Source: an uncultured Arcobacteraceae bacterium (GTDB taxonomy: Bacteria > Campylobacterota > Campylobacteria > Campylobacterales > Arcobacteraceae). From it: a stretch of 64,000 bases of DNA. The stretch's first letter is position 1; the number at the start of each line of letters is the position of its first letter. Location: NCBI GenBank assembly GCA_964022095.1, contig CAXHZO010000003.1:64001-128000 (forward strand), given 5' to 3'. Of this stretch, positions 1-9,568 are shown in pieces. The notes beneath the pieces were generated by a model. The model had not been told where the DNA came from. It worked only from the letters and a program-made list of their open reading frames with translations, and searched no databases. The position numbers and the translations under genes are program-made.

Positions 1-210
1 CATTTTTTCATTGTGTTTTTCTAAGTGTTCTTGTAGTTTGATTAGTTCAACTTGAAGTGTTCTTAAGGCCTCTTCTTGTGATCTATATTGATACTTTTTA
101 TGTAAATCTTTTATAAACTCATCACTAGGATTGTCATTTAGAGTTTTTATAAAGTCTTCAAAATTTAATATGTCTTCTCTGTGTTTATTATAAAGTTTTT
201 CAATTTCCAT
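1..210 (-). CDS. ppk2: Polyphosphate kinase 2, N-terminal part (runs off the window edge)
   Basis: Manual translation from ATG at 210: MEIEKLYNKH...SQEEALRTLQVELIKLQEHLEKHNEKM, matching the PPK2 helix that precedes the Walker A region; AAGG RBS upstream; not in the ORF track. Confidence 0.75.
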   Translation of the reverse strand, partial: MEIEKLYNKHREDILNFEDFIKTLNDNPSDEFIKDLHKKYQYRSQEEALRTLQVELIKLQEHLEKHNEKM

Positions 211-349
211 TTAGTACCTTTTGTTTTAAATAAATTATATTATAACTTTTTTATATTTCATCTAAGTAACACTGTTTCGATGATTTTATCTGTTTTTTTG
301 TCTTTTTTTCATATAATCCCGAACAAATATATTTATTAAAGGTTAATTT

Positions 350-1450
350 ATGGGATTAGGTGTAGGAATCGTAGGACTTCCAAATGTAGGGAAATCAACA
401 ACTTTTAATGCTTTAACAAAAGCTCAAAATGCAGAGGCACAAAACTATCCGTTTTGTACAATTGAACCAAATAAGGCAATTGTACCAGTACCAGATAAAA
501 GATTAGATGAATTAGCAAAAATTGTAATTCCAGATAAAGTTCAGCACTCTACAATTGATTTTGTCGATATTGCAGGTTTAGTTAGAGGTGCTTCTAAAGG
601 TGAAGGTTTAGGGAATCAATTTTTATCTAATATTAGAGAAGTAGAAGTTATTTTACATATGGTTAGATGTTTCGATGATGGTAATATTACTCACGTTGAA
701 GGTGATGTTGATCCAATTAGAGATATTGAAATTATTGAAACAGAATTAATCTATGCAGATATTTCTCAAATTGAAAAAAAGATTGATAGACTTAAAAAAC
801 AATCTAAAGGTTCAAAAGAAGCTGCATCTCAATTAGTTGTAGCCCAAGAGTTATATGAGCATTTAGCTGAATTACAACCTGTGAAAACATTTGAAAAACT
901 TGATGATGAAATTTTTATGGCTTTAGATAAAGAGTTAAGATTCTTATCAAATAAAGATGTAATCTATGGAGCAAATGTTGATGAAGATTCTTTAGTAGAT
1001 GGTAATAACTATGTTGAAGTTTTAAAAGAACATGCAGCTAGCGTTAATGCAGATTTAATTATGTTATGTGCAAAAATTGAAGAAGAATTAGTTGGTATGG
1101 AAGATGATGAAGCAAAAGAGATGTTAAATGACTTAGGTGTACAAGAATCTGGTTTAGAAAAAATTATTCATACATCTTTTGATAAATTAGGTTTACAATC
1201 ATATTTCACAGCTGGTAAAGTTGAAGTTAGAGCTTGGACTATTCGAAAAAATACAAAAGCACCACAAGCAGCAGCTGTAATTCATAATGACTTTGAAAAA
1301 GGTTTTATTAAAGCAGAAGTAATTTCTTATGAAGATTTTGTTGCTCTTGGTGGAGAAGCTAAGTGTAAAGAAGCTGGAAAGTTAAAACTTGAAGGTAAGG
1401 ATTATGTTGTTCAAGATGGTGATGTAATGCACTTTAGATTTAATGTATAA
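350..1450 (+). CDS. ychF: Redox-regulated ATPase YchF
   Basis: GIVGLPNVGKST, NYPFCTIEPN, DIAGLVRGASKGEGLGNQFL, C-terminal TGS domain. Confidence 0.97.
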   Translation: MGLGVGIVGLPNVGKSTTFNALTKAQNAEAQNYPFCTIEPNKAIVPVPDKRLDELAKIVIPDKVQHSTIDFVDIAGLVRGASKGEGLGNQFLSNIREVEVILHMVRCFDDGNITHVEGDVDPIRDIEIIETELIYADISQIEKKIDRLKKQSKGSKEAASQLVVAQELYEHLAELQPVKTFEKLDDEIFMALDKELRFLSNKDVIYGANVDEDSLVDGNNYVEVLKEHAASVNADLIMLCAKIEEELVGMEDDEAKEMLNDLGVQESGLEKIIHTSFDKLGLQSYFTAGKVEVRAWTIRKNTKAPQAAAVIHNDFEKGFIKAEVISYEDFVALGGEAKCKEAGKLKLEGKDYVVQDGDVMHFRFNV

Positions 1451-1527
1451 TTTAATTAAATAATTTATGATTAATTGATAAACTTTTTGTTACAATAAAA
1501 AATAATAAAATTTAAGAGGAGTAACGT

Positions 1528-2352
1528 GTGTCATCTACAACTATATTAGAAAAGATTGAATCCCTTCCACCGTTACCTAAAACTATTGTTGAAATAGAAG
1601 AGTTTAGAAAAAAACAAGATAAAGAGGCTTCTGAACTTTTAGAAATAATACAAAAAGATGCTTTAATAATTTCTACTTTACTTAAAATCTCAAATTCAGC
1701 TATGTTTGGGTTTAGAAGTAAGGTAGAAACACCAAGTAGAGCAATTAATCTTTTAGGAATTAATTTCACTGTTTCTATAGCTATTGGTGGAACAGTTCAG
1801 AATATGCTTGCGTCAAATTTAGATCCTTACGGTATAAATAGTGATGATTTTATGAGAGCATCAAATATATCTTCAACATTAGTAAATCTTTGGCTTTCAA
1901 AAGTTGATTTTGATCTTAAAGAGGAGTTAGTACTTCCTGCACTTTTACAAGAAGCTGGAAAATTTGTCTTAGCAGATATTATTTTAAGTGAGAATAAACT
2001 TGATGAGTTTACTTCAAAACTATCTCAGTCAAAAGATATAGTTGCAACTGAAAAAGAAGTTATTGGTATCACAACAGCAGAAACTACAGCAAAGATATTT
2101 AATCACTGGAAACTAAGCGAAAAACTTGTTAATATTATTGAGCATGTAGATGATATCAAAAATTGTGATCCTGCATACAAAGTAAAATCTCAATACCTAG
2201 ATGTTATTAAAACTGCATGTAATGTTTCTGATCCATTAAGTGATGAGAATATTGAGCAAGCTACTAAAAAAGCTCAAGCATATGGTTTTGATACAAAAAA
2301 ACTTTTATCAGCTATTGAAAAACTCCAAGATAGACTTTTAGACGAACTATAA
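1528..2352 (+). CDS. HDOD domain signal-transduction protein
   Basis: IESLPPLP...LLKISNSAMFGF...AINLLG pattern typical of HDOD; GTG start with GAGGAG RBS. Confidence 0.85.
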   Translation: MSSTTILEKIESLPPLPKTIVEIEEFRKKQDKEASELLEIIQKDALIISTLLKISNSAMFGFRSKVETPSRAINLLGINFTVSIAIGGTVQNMLASNLDPYGINSDDFMRASNISSTLVNLWLSKVDFDLKEELVLPALLQEAGKFVLADIILSENKLDEFTSKLSQSKDIVATEKEVIGITTAETTAKIFNHWKLSEKLVNIIEHVDDIKNCDPAYKVKSQYLDVIKTACNVSDPLSDENIEQATKKAQAYGFDTKKLLSAIEKLQDRLLDEL

Positions 2353-2961
2353 GCCTTGAAGTAGGATATCCCAAAGATATTCTACTTCTTCTTTATTTAG
2401 AGTAATTAAATTTTTATTTTCAAACAATTCTTTTATTTTTTTTATTTCAAATATTTTAGAGTATGTACATTTCGCATGAACTGGTAAAAAACCTCTTACT
2501 AATGAAATTGATTCTTCAATTGTAGTTTCACATAATAAACATTCATAATCAGTATGCAATCTTCCTTCATACTCTAATAGTGTCACATATGATTGTAAAA
2601 TTGCTCTTAAGGCATTTTGTTTTTCTAGTATAAAAATTAGATTATCTAATGCATAAAAATAAAATGGATCGATTTGTTCTATATCTTTTAGGTGGGGATA
2701 AAATAGTTTTATATATCTTTGCCAACAATACATTTTTTCATTATCTAATATCCATTTAAATGGAATTTGTATTACATCTTTAAGTCTTGGAATACTTGAT
2801 CTTGTAGTTTCTAATTCGAAGTCAATTTTATATCCAACATTAATATTAGAGTGCCTTGCTCCATAAAATCTATAAGCTGTGATAACTTCATTCTCAGTAA
2901 GTAGTGATACTATAAGATCATCATCTTTTACAGGTTTTATATCAATTATATAACCTTGCAT
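2347..2961 (-). CDS. recO: Recombination protein RecO (Campylobacterota type)
   Basis: MQGYII...DDDLIV...YRFYGARHS N-terminus; CLLC...HAKC zinc site. Confidence 0.85.
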   Translation of the reverse strand: MQGYIIDIKPVKDDDLIVSLLTENEVITAYRFYGARHSNINVGYKIDFELETTRSSIPRLKDVIQIPFKWILDNEKMYCWQRYIKLFYPHLKDIEQIDPFYFYALDNLIFILEKQNALRAILQSYVTLLEYEGRLHTDYECLLCETTIEESISLVRGFLPVHAKCTYSKIFEIKKIKELFENKNLITLNKEEVEYLWDILLQGL

Positions 2962-3102
2962 TTAAATTTAGCATCCTTTTTAATTTGAATTGTTACTTTT
3001 TGGTTTCAAAGATTATATCAAAAAAGAACTACTCTTTTGCTTCAATATAATCACATGAATTTTTAGATAAAATATCATAAATAATTTAAGTAAGGAAATT
3101 AA

Positions 3103-3423
3103 ATGTCAGAATTCAATAATGTATCAATTGCAAAAGCTGCAAATGTTTTATTTGATGGAAATATTACAAGTAGAACTATAGTTTTTGAAGATGGATCTAG
3201 AAAAACATTAGGAATTATGTTACCAGGAGAGTATGAGTTAAATACTGTTCATAAAGAAGTTATGGATATTCAAAGAGGTTCATTAGAAGTTATGTTACCT
3301 GCTGAAGATTGGATGAAAATTGAAGGACCAGCTACTTTTGATATTCCAGCAAACTCAAAATTTAAATTAAGAGTGCATTCATTAGTTGATTATTGTTGTT
3401 CTTTTATAAAAAATAAAATCTAA
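3103..3423 (+). CDS. ppnP: Pyrimidine/purine nucleoside phosphorylase (DUF1255 family)
   Basis: [12 protein letters not shown]...[11 protein letters not shown]...DYCCSF family pattern. Confidence 0.85.
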   Translation: MSEFNNVSIAKAANVLFDGNITSRTIVFEDGSRKTLGIMLPGEYELNTVHKEVMDIQRGSLEVMLPAEDWMKIEGPATFDIPANSKFKLRVHSLVDYCCSFIKNKI

Positions 3424-3428
3424 TTCTT

Positions 3429-3470
3429 GTCATTTAATAACAATGCGAAATAATCGCATTGTATTATGAC
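3429..3470. terminator. Bidirectional intrinsic terminator candidate
   Basis: ACAATGCGA-aataa-TCGCATTGT stem between convergent genes. Confidence 0.6.
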
Positions 3471-3472
3471 TG

Positions 3473-4567
3473 TTAATATAACATCTCTTCTTTTATTTCA
3501 TTAAATTTTAAAATCTTTTTTCCAAAGTGATCATTTAAAAATTTTTGTGCTTTTTCTTTTGTTTTAAAAGGTATTAACTCTTCGCCCATTGGCCCATAAA
3601 TATTTGAACCTATTACATAAAATGCTTTTTTAGCATCCATTGAATTTAAAGTATAATAATCTGTAACTTTAATATTTTCAAAATCATTTGTTGTGTGATT
3701 ATGAGCAAATTTAGTTGGATTAAAATAGAACTTCATCATATCTTTAACCCCATCAAAATAATGCTGGTGCTTATCTTTTACAATAATAGTTGCTACCCAT
3801 TTAGGATATTTAGATACAAACATTCCACATACAGGACATTTTGCATTATCTGGTACATTTATTATTTTATTTTTATCTACTGCTAATATTGGATTATATA
3901 AGTAAATTGAAACAGATTGAAGCATTTTTGGTTTTAAGTTCTTGCAGCTTTTATTATCTATTAAATACTGCTTTGCTTCCCCAATTGAGTTAAACTCTTT
4001 AGTGACTTCTTGGCACATAGCATTATAGATTTTTTTACCTTTTTGTGCCATTTTAATTCTATTTTTGTTTATCATTTTGTCATCTTTAACAAAATCTTTT
4101 TTAGCAATTTTTAATGCCTTTTTGTAATTGTAAATCTCACCTCCAAACTTTTTTTGGAAAGTTTCTGCTTCAATTTTATTTTTAAAAGCATATTTACTTA
4201 CTGCACTCATAGTACCTTTTTTAGAACTACCAACAACATAAAATGCACTTTTAGCATCAATCAATTTTAGACTATTTGTATCAACAACTTGTACTTGTTT
4301 AATTTTAGCACTATGGGCATTGTCAATTTTTGCTTGACAATGAATTGAACAGTACTGTTCTTTGTGACCATTTTTAAACTCAGTTACATGACTTGTTTTA
4401 TAGAACTTAGTTAAATGCATCCCACATACATTACAAAAGTTTTTACTAGAGTCTTTTTTTACTAATGTTGCCTCTTTTGGGCTTACAGTTTGAAACATCT
4501 CTTGGGCATTTAAAGATGTAATTAAAGTAAATGTGAATAAAAATAGTAAGAGTTTACTTTTTAACAT
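3473..4567 (-). CDS. Exported tandem NosL-family (copper chaperone-like) protein
   Basis: Signal peptide; two NosL-like repeats with CNVCGM and CPVCGM, each followed by DAKxAFYVxGS...GxM. Confidence 0.8.
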   Translation of the reverse strand: MLKSKLLLFLFTFTLITSLNAQEMFQTVSPKEATLVKKDSSKNFCNVCGMHLTKFYKTSHVTEFKNGHKEQYCSIHCQAKIDNAHSAKIKQVQVVDTNSLKLIDAKSAFYVVGSSKKGTMSAVSKYAFKNKIEAETFQKKFGGEIYNYKKALKIAKKDFVKDDKMINKNRIKMAQKGKKIYNAMCQEVTKEFNSIGEAKQYLIDNKSCKNLKPKMLQSVSIYLYNPILAVDKNKIINVPDNAKCPVCGMFVSKYPKWVATIIVKDKHQHYFDGVKDMMKFYFNPTKFAHNHTTNDFENIKVTDYYTLNSMDAKKAFYVIGSNIYGPMGEELIPFKTKEKAQKFLNDHFGKKILKFNEIKEEMLY

Positions 4568-4645
4568 AATATTTCCTTTTTTTGATTGGAAATATTATAT
4601 TAATTAAGAGTTAATTTTGTGTTAAAAAAAGAAATTAATTCTCTT

Positions 4646-7288
4646 TTATCTCCACCATGAGAACCAACTGTTAAACCACCAGTTGATAAAACTAATTACA
4701 GGTTCAGGTTTTTTAGTAAGTTTGATATTATAAGTGTTAAAACTATTCAATGTTAATTCTACTTCACTATCACTAATTTTAGATGCATAATCTGCTCCAC
4801 TAAACTTATAGTATGAATAAGAATTTTTAAGTTTAATTCTAATTTTACCTTCACCTTTAATCGTGAAATCTAATAAATCTCCATCACCATTTAATGAAAT
4901 TAATTCAGATCTCATTGGAAGAGTTGAAATATGAGTTACATCATCAGTTGTTGTTCCAAGTTCTACATTAAATTCACCAGCATCTTTATCTAAGAAAACT
5001 TTATTATCATTATATGCATACCAATTAGTAACATTTTTGATTTTTTGATTTCCTGGAATTTCAATTGCTAATTTACCTGCATCATTTGAATCCACTATAA
5101 CTTTTACTTCACTTCCAAGGTTTTCTATAGTTATTTTACTATTCTTAAATGTTTCAATTCTTTGTGCTAAGTCAATAGCAGTAACAAACTCTGCACCACT
5201 GTTGTAAGCTAATCTAATAGTATTAGTAAACATCTCTACACTATAAGGATTAGCAAGTTGTGTAGAAGTAGTTGGACCATAATCATGCCAAGGCCAATGT
5301 GCAATTGGTGTTGATGCATGTGCTGTTATAGTTTTAAATTCATCTTCCCAATATTTAAGTGCTTCAGAAGCGCTTAATGGTTGAGGATAATATGTTTCAG
5401 TTTCTGTATTATAAACAGGAATTCCAAATTCCATCAATGTAAAATCAAAACTCATATTTGGACTTAAATATACTTTTGTATCATCAGGAGTTAAATATCC
5501 AAATGAATTAGGATAACCTCTACCTGCACCTGAATAGCCACCAGTTAAGTAATCTAAATATTGTAATATATTTTGTGCAACTTCTACATCTTCAGGAGTA
5601 CCAGGAACTGCACCACCTCTTATATTTTCACCTTGCCAAGTAGGATTTAAATAACTACCTATAATATCCATAGAATTATTGAATTCAAATTGAATATCTA
5701 CTGAAGAATCATTTGTATCATGTGGATGAGTATTTGAATGCGTACCTATTTCATTTCCTAAAGCTATAAATTGCTTATAAATTGGTTGAGAGTAAGACCA
5801 GTTTGTTTGATACTCTGGTGGATTATTACCAATATTAATATAATAGCTTCCTACAAAATTATATCTATTTTTCCAATTTTGTAATAAGCCTAATAAAGGT
5901 GTTTCTACATTTTGTACTTCTTCAATTACACTTGATTGATCCATATCATTTCTTGATACAAATAAAGATTCATTTCTACCAAGTTTTAATGATACTACTT
6001 GATCATTACCATAAACTGACCATTGAATAGCTGACCATAATAGGTTTGAATCACCCATAAATGCTAATGAACTAAAGTGTACATTTCTACCACCAGTAGT
6101 TGATGCTAAGACAGCATCATATGAAGTTGTACCATTAATTGTTTGTGTTGCTAAAGAAGTTGTTTCTTGTTTAACTGTGCCGTTAGTAGCACCTTCATAG
6201 TAGCTATACCATCTATTTGGAATAGAAGTATAATCTAAAATCGTTTCTCCTGTAGTATAACCTTTCATCGCTAGATGTGTAGTCTCACCTGCATTTAATG
6301 TAAGGGTAACTGGACCATTCCCATCAACTCTTCCAACACCTAGAATCTGTTTCATTGTAGAATAAGAATCTCCACTAGTTGCTGTACCATCTTCATAGTT
6401 AGTCATTAAATCACCAGCTGTAATAATTCCAATGTTATAGTCATATACTGCTTGCAATAGCGTTTTTTTAATTAACTGTGAGTTTTCTTGTTTGTGGTAA
6501 GCAAATGATGGAAAAATTATTGTGTCATAATTTACTAATTTAGAAATGTCAGTTAAATCATCTTCACTTAATAATTCAAATGGAACACCTGCCATCATTG
6601 ATTGATATTGCATTGTCATAAATAATTGTGAATATGCCTTTTGAATTGATAAATCTTTGTCATAGAATTGATTTTTTGTAGATTCAGAGTAAACAACAGC
6701 AACTTTTTTTGTTAAATCAGTTCTTATTGGAGATTTAAAATCTTTAGCTAATGCAGTTAAAGGTTCAGCAAAATAGTTTGAAGGAATATATGTAGAATCA
6801 TTTATATCAATAAGTAATTCTAAGTCATTTTGAACTGATCCAATAAGTGAACTAGGAATAGAAAATTCTAATACGGTTTTAGCTGAATTATAACTATGAG
6901 TTAAAGGTCCATATACAAATGTTCCATATGGTTCAGTTGAATATAAATAAGGTAATCCATCTTCTGCAATATTTATATAATATTCTGCACCTAATAATCC
7001 ACCAAAGATTTGATAACCTGTATCTTCATTTTTATCAGTATTAAGCCAAACTGTAGTGTTCGTATTGATTTGTGTATTTGTATCTTGAGTATCTAATGCA
7101 AAATAATATGTAGAATTAATACTTGAATATTCAGAATAAACAAAATCACCTGTAGCAATATTTAAAGGTAAGTTATTTGGAATATTTATTTTTTGAGAAG
7201 GTTTCCATTCTGTTAAACTTCCATCAATTGTAATTGATGCAAATGTTGAAGAAATTACTAATAAAAAACTTGCAATTATCTTTCTCAT
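4646..7288 (-). CDS. Large secreted protein with NodB/CE4 polysaccharide-deacetylase-like domain
   Basis: Signal peptide; RNDMD, GNEIGTHSNTHP and HWPWHDY motifs of the CE4 fold; Trp-rich C-terminus. Confidence 0.65.
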   Translation of the reverse strand: MRKIIASFLLVISSTFASITIDGSLTEWKPSQKINIPNNLPLNIATGDFVYSEYSSINSTYYFALDTQDTNTQINTNTTVWLNTDKNEDTGYQIFGGLLGAEYYINIAEDGLPYLYSTEPYGTFVYGPLTHSYNSAKTVLEFSIPSSLIGSVQNDLELLIDINDSTYIPSNYFAEPLTALAKDFKSPIRTDLTKKVAVVYSESTKNQFYDKDLSIQKAYSQLFMTMQYQSMMAGVPFELLSEDDLTDISKLVNYDTIIFPSFAYHKQENSQLIKKTLLQAVYDYNIGIITAGDLMTNYEDGTATSGDSYSTMKQILGVGRVDGNGPVTLTLNAGETTHLAMKGYTTGETILDYTSIPNRWYSYYEGATNGTVKQETTSLATQTINGTTSYDAVLASTTGGRNVHFSSLAFMGDSNLLWSAIQWSVYGNDQVVSLKLGRNESLFVSRNDMDQSSVIEEVQNVETPLLGLLQNWKNRYNFVGSYYINIGNNPPEYQTNWSYSQPIYKQFIALGNEIGTHSNTHPHDTNDSSVDIQFEFNNSMDIIGSYLNPTWQGENIRGGAVPGTPEDVEVAQNILQYLDYLTGGYSGAGRGYPNSFGYLTPDDTKVYLSPNMSFDFTLMEFGIPVYNTETETYYPQPLSASEALKYWEDEFKTITAHASTPIAHWPWHDYGPTTSTQLANPYSVEMFTNTIRLAYNSGAEFVTAIDLAQRIETFKNSKITIENLGSEVKVIVDSNDAGKLAIEIPGNQKIKNVTNWYAYNDNKVFLDKDAGEFNVELGTTTDDVTHISTLPMRSELISLNGDGDLLDFTIKGEGKIRIKLKNSYSYYKFSGADYASKISDSEVELTLNSFNTYNIKLTKKPEPVISFINWWFNSWFSWWR

Positions 7289-7899
7289 TTTATTTCTCCT
7301 ACAATAGTTAAGCCATCAGTAAGAAAACCACTTTCAGTTAATGTTTTATCAAAAGTTGCATCAATAGCTGTAGCTTCATCTAAATTTACATTAAATAGTT
7401 TTGCTTTTGAAAAGTTTACATAATCACAAATAGTTTGTGATAAGTCACTATTTTGAATTTTTGTTTTTGTTAGATTTGAAAAGGCTAAATCGCTTCCTTT
7501 TAAATTAACATTTTGAAGTGATGCTTTTTCTAAATTTATGTTTTGTAGATATGAAGAAGATAAATCTACATTGCTTAATTTAGCTTTTGTAAAATTTGCA
7601 TATGCAAAATCTGAATTTTTTAGATTTACATTTTTGAATTTTGAGTTTGTTAAGTTAGCACCTTGTAAATTAACACCTTCTAAGTTTATTTTTTCAAAAA
7701 CTAAATTTGATAAATCACAAGAAACGCAGCTCTTTGTTTTTAATAATTGCTCTTTTGGAGATTGTTCTGTCTCATCAATAACACTTTTTGCTTCACTTAT
7801 ATTAAATACTTGTTTATTTTGTGCAAATAGTGTAGCTGTGCCCAAAAACAAACATGTAGTTGCAAATACAATGGTTATTCTTTTTTTTGAATTGTACAT
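7285..7899 (-). CDS. Exported pentapeptide-repeat protein
   Basis: Signal-like N-terminus; CVSCDLS then repeated A(N/D)L/F-xx pentapeptides; overlaps next gene by 4 nt. Confidence 0.9.
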   Translation of the reverse strand: MYNSKKRITIVFATTCLFLGTATLFAQNKQVFNISEAKSVIDETEQSPKEQLLKTKSCVSCDLSNLVFEKINLEGVNLQGANLTNSKFKNVNLKNSDFAYANFTKAKLSNVDLSSSYLQNINLEKASLQNVNLKGSDLAFSNLTKTKIQNSDLSQTICDYVNFSKAKLFNVNLDEATAIDATFDKTLTESGFLTDGLTIVGEIK

Positions 7900-8103
7900 T
7901 TATAGTTTCCTTGATAGTTTTAATAAATCATATTTTAACATTATTATTTTATATTTTTTATAGTTATTAGTATAGAATTAAGATAATTTTTTTAATAACT
8001 TACTAAAGTTAAAAATAGCAGTATATTTAAGGTTAAATAATTAAAAATAATAGAGTAAAGTTTTATATAGAGTTAATTTGAAAATAGAATATAAAATTTT
8101 TAT

Positions 8104-8137
8104 AAAAAAAGGTAGAAGCTAAAAGCTCCTACCTTTT
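8104..8137 (-). terminator. Intrinsic terminator of the superoxide reductase-like gene
   Basis: AAAAGGTAG...CTACCTTTT stem with a poly-U tail on the minus strand. Confidence 0.7.
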
Positions 8138-8158
8138 AAACATAGCAGTGTATGTAGA

Positions 8159-8545
8159 TTATGCTTCTACAGAAACTTCAACTGGAGTTGATTCCCAGAT
8201 ACCATGTTTAGTACAGTAACCGTGAGCAACTAAGTTTAATTTTTTGCTAGTTGGAATAATAGTAAATGTAGTAGTGTTATGTGCTTTAACATTTCCTAAA
8301 GTTCCTGGAACATAAGAAGCTTTTGCTAATTGTGTTTCACCATTAAATAATGTAACAGACTCAATGAAGTGATCAAAATCATCTGGATGAGTATATTCGT
8401 TACCCATTTTAACAGTTACTTCAAATGGCTCACCTGCTTTTGCAGTCTCAGCACAGTGGATAAACGGTGAATGTCTATCAATTAAATCTTTCTTAGCTTC
8501 TCTCTCAACAGTATCAATATCAACATATTTGTTAATTTTTGGCAT
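8159..8545 (-). CDS. Class II superoxide reductase-like (neelaredoxin/SORL) protein
   Basis: Iron ligands: RHSP, HPDDFDHFI, YCTKHGIW. Confidence 0.88.
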   Translation of the reverse strand: MPKINKYVDIDTVEREAKKDLIDRHSPFIHCAETAKAGEPFEVTVKMGNEYTHPDDFDHFIESVTLFNGETQLAKASYVPGTLGNVKAHNTTTFTIIPTSKKLNLVAHGYCTKHGIWESTPVEVSVEA

Positions 8546-8714
8546 ATTATCTCCTATAAATTATTTTATCAAATGTATTATACAATAATTTTCTTAAATA
8601 AAAACAGGACAACTTGTATCCTATTTGTAAAATTATTAAATGTAGTTACTAATGGTGTCAATCTTGATGTTTTTCAAGTAAAATTAACTATGTACTATTT
8701 ATTTTGCTCTTCTT

Positions 8715-8723
8715 TGATATAAT
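8715..8723 (+). promoter_or_regulatory. Extended -10 promoter (TGnTATAAT) of thiL, probably giving a leaderless mRNA
   Basis: TGATATAAT ending 6 nt before the ATG at 8730; no SD sequence. Confidence 0.55.
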
Positions 8724-8729
8724 TTTCAA

Positions 8730-9551
8730 ATGAATAAAGAAGAGTATTTTATAAAACAATTTTCAGAAAATAAAATCATTGGTGATGACGGAGCTGTAAT
8801 TGATGATTTTGTATATTCAACTGATGCTTTTTTTGAAAATGTACATTTTAAAAAAGAGTGGATGAGTTTACAACAAATAGCATATAAGTCTATGATAGTA
8901 AATATTTCAGATGCAATTGCAATGAACGCAGTTCCAAAATATGCATTGTTAAGTGTTGCTATTCCTAAATGTTATAACAATATAGAGTTAAAAGATTTAG
9001 CAAAAGGTTTTAAAAAAGCTGCAAAAGAGTTTGATATAAAAATTATTGGTGGAGATACTATTTCAAATGAAAAACTTGATATTTCTATTACTATTATTTC
9101 AAAAACAAAAAAACCAATTTATAGAAGTGGTGTAAAAAAAGATGATTTAGTATGTTTTACTGGAACACTAGGTAATAGTAAAACAGATTTAAATAAACTT
9201 TTTAATGGTAAAAAAATTTCTAAAAAATCAAAATTTATTAAACCGAAATTAAATCCAAAGTTTTTTTATGAGGCTTCACCTTATATCAATGCTTCAATGG
9301 ATATTTCAGATGGCTTATTTTTTGAGTTAGAAAAGTTATCAAAACAAAGTAAAGTTGGCTTTGATTTCTTCACTGATATAGATAGTTTTACTGGAACATC
9401 TGGAGAAGAGTATGAAATACTATTTTCTTTTAATAAGAAGTATAAAACAAAAATAGAGAAAATCGCAAAAAAACATAAAGTTAAGCTAAATATATTTGCA
9501 AAAGCGATAAAAGGCAAATATAAAACAAAAGCTAAAAATCATCATTTTTAA
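8730..9551 (+). CDS. thiL: Thiamine-monophosphate kinase
   Basis: IGDDGAV, NISDAIAMNA, IIGGDT, MDISDGL, SGEEYEIL. Confidence 0.93.
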   Translation: MNKEEYFIKQFSENKIIGDDGAVIDDFVYSTDAFFENVHFKKEWMSLQQIAYKSMIVNISDAIAMNAVPKYALLSVAIPKCYNNIELKDLAKGFKKAAKEFDIKIIGGDTISNEKLDISITIISKTKKPIYRSGVKKDDLVCFTGTLGNSKTDLNKLFNGKKISKKSKFIKPKLNPKFFYEASPYINASMDISDGLFFELEKLSKQSKVGFDFFTDIDSFTGTSGEEYEILFSFNKKYKTKIEKIAKKHKVKLNIFAKAIKGKYKTKAKNHHF

Positions 9552-9568
9552 AAAATTAAGGAAACATA

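Noticed and set aside
7285-7899. Pentapeptide protein as a Qnr/MfpA quinolone-resistance factor
   Set aside because: It has a signal peptide and CxxC-capped repeats; gyrase-protecting proteins are cytoplasmic.
7900-8100. Very AT-rich intergenic stretch as an origin or ncRNA
   Set aside because: No DnaA-box cluster or stable structure was seen; it is consistent with a promoter region.
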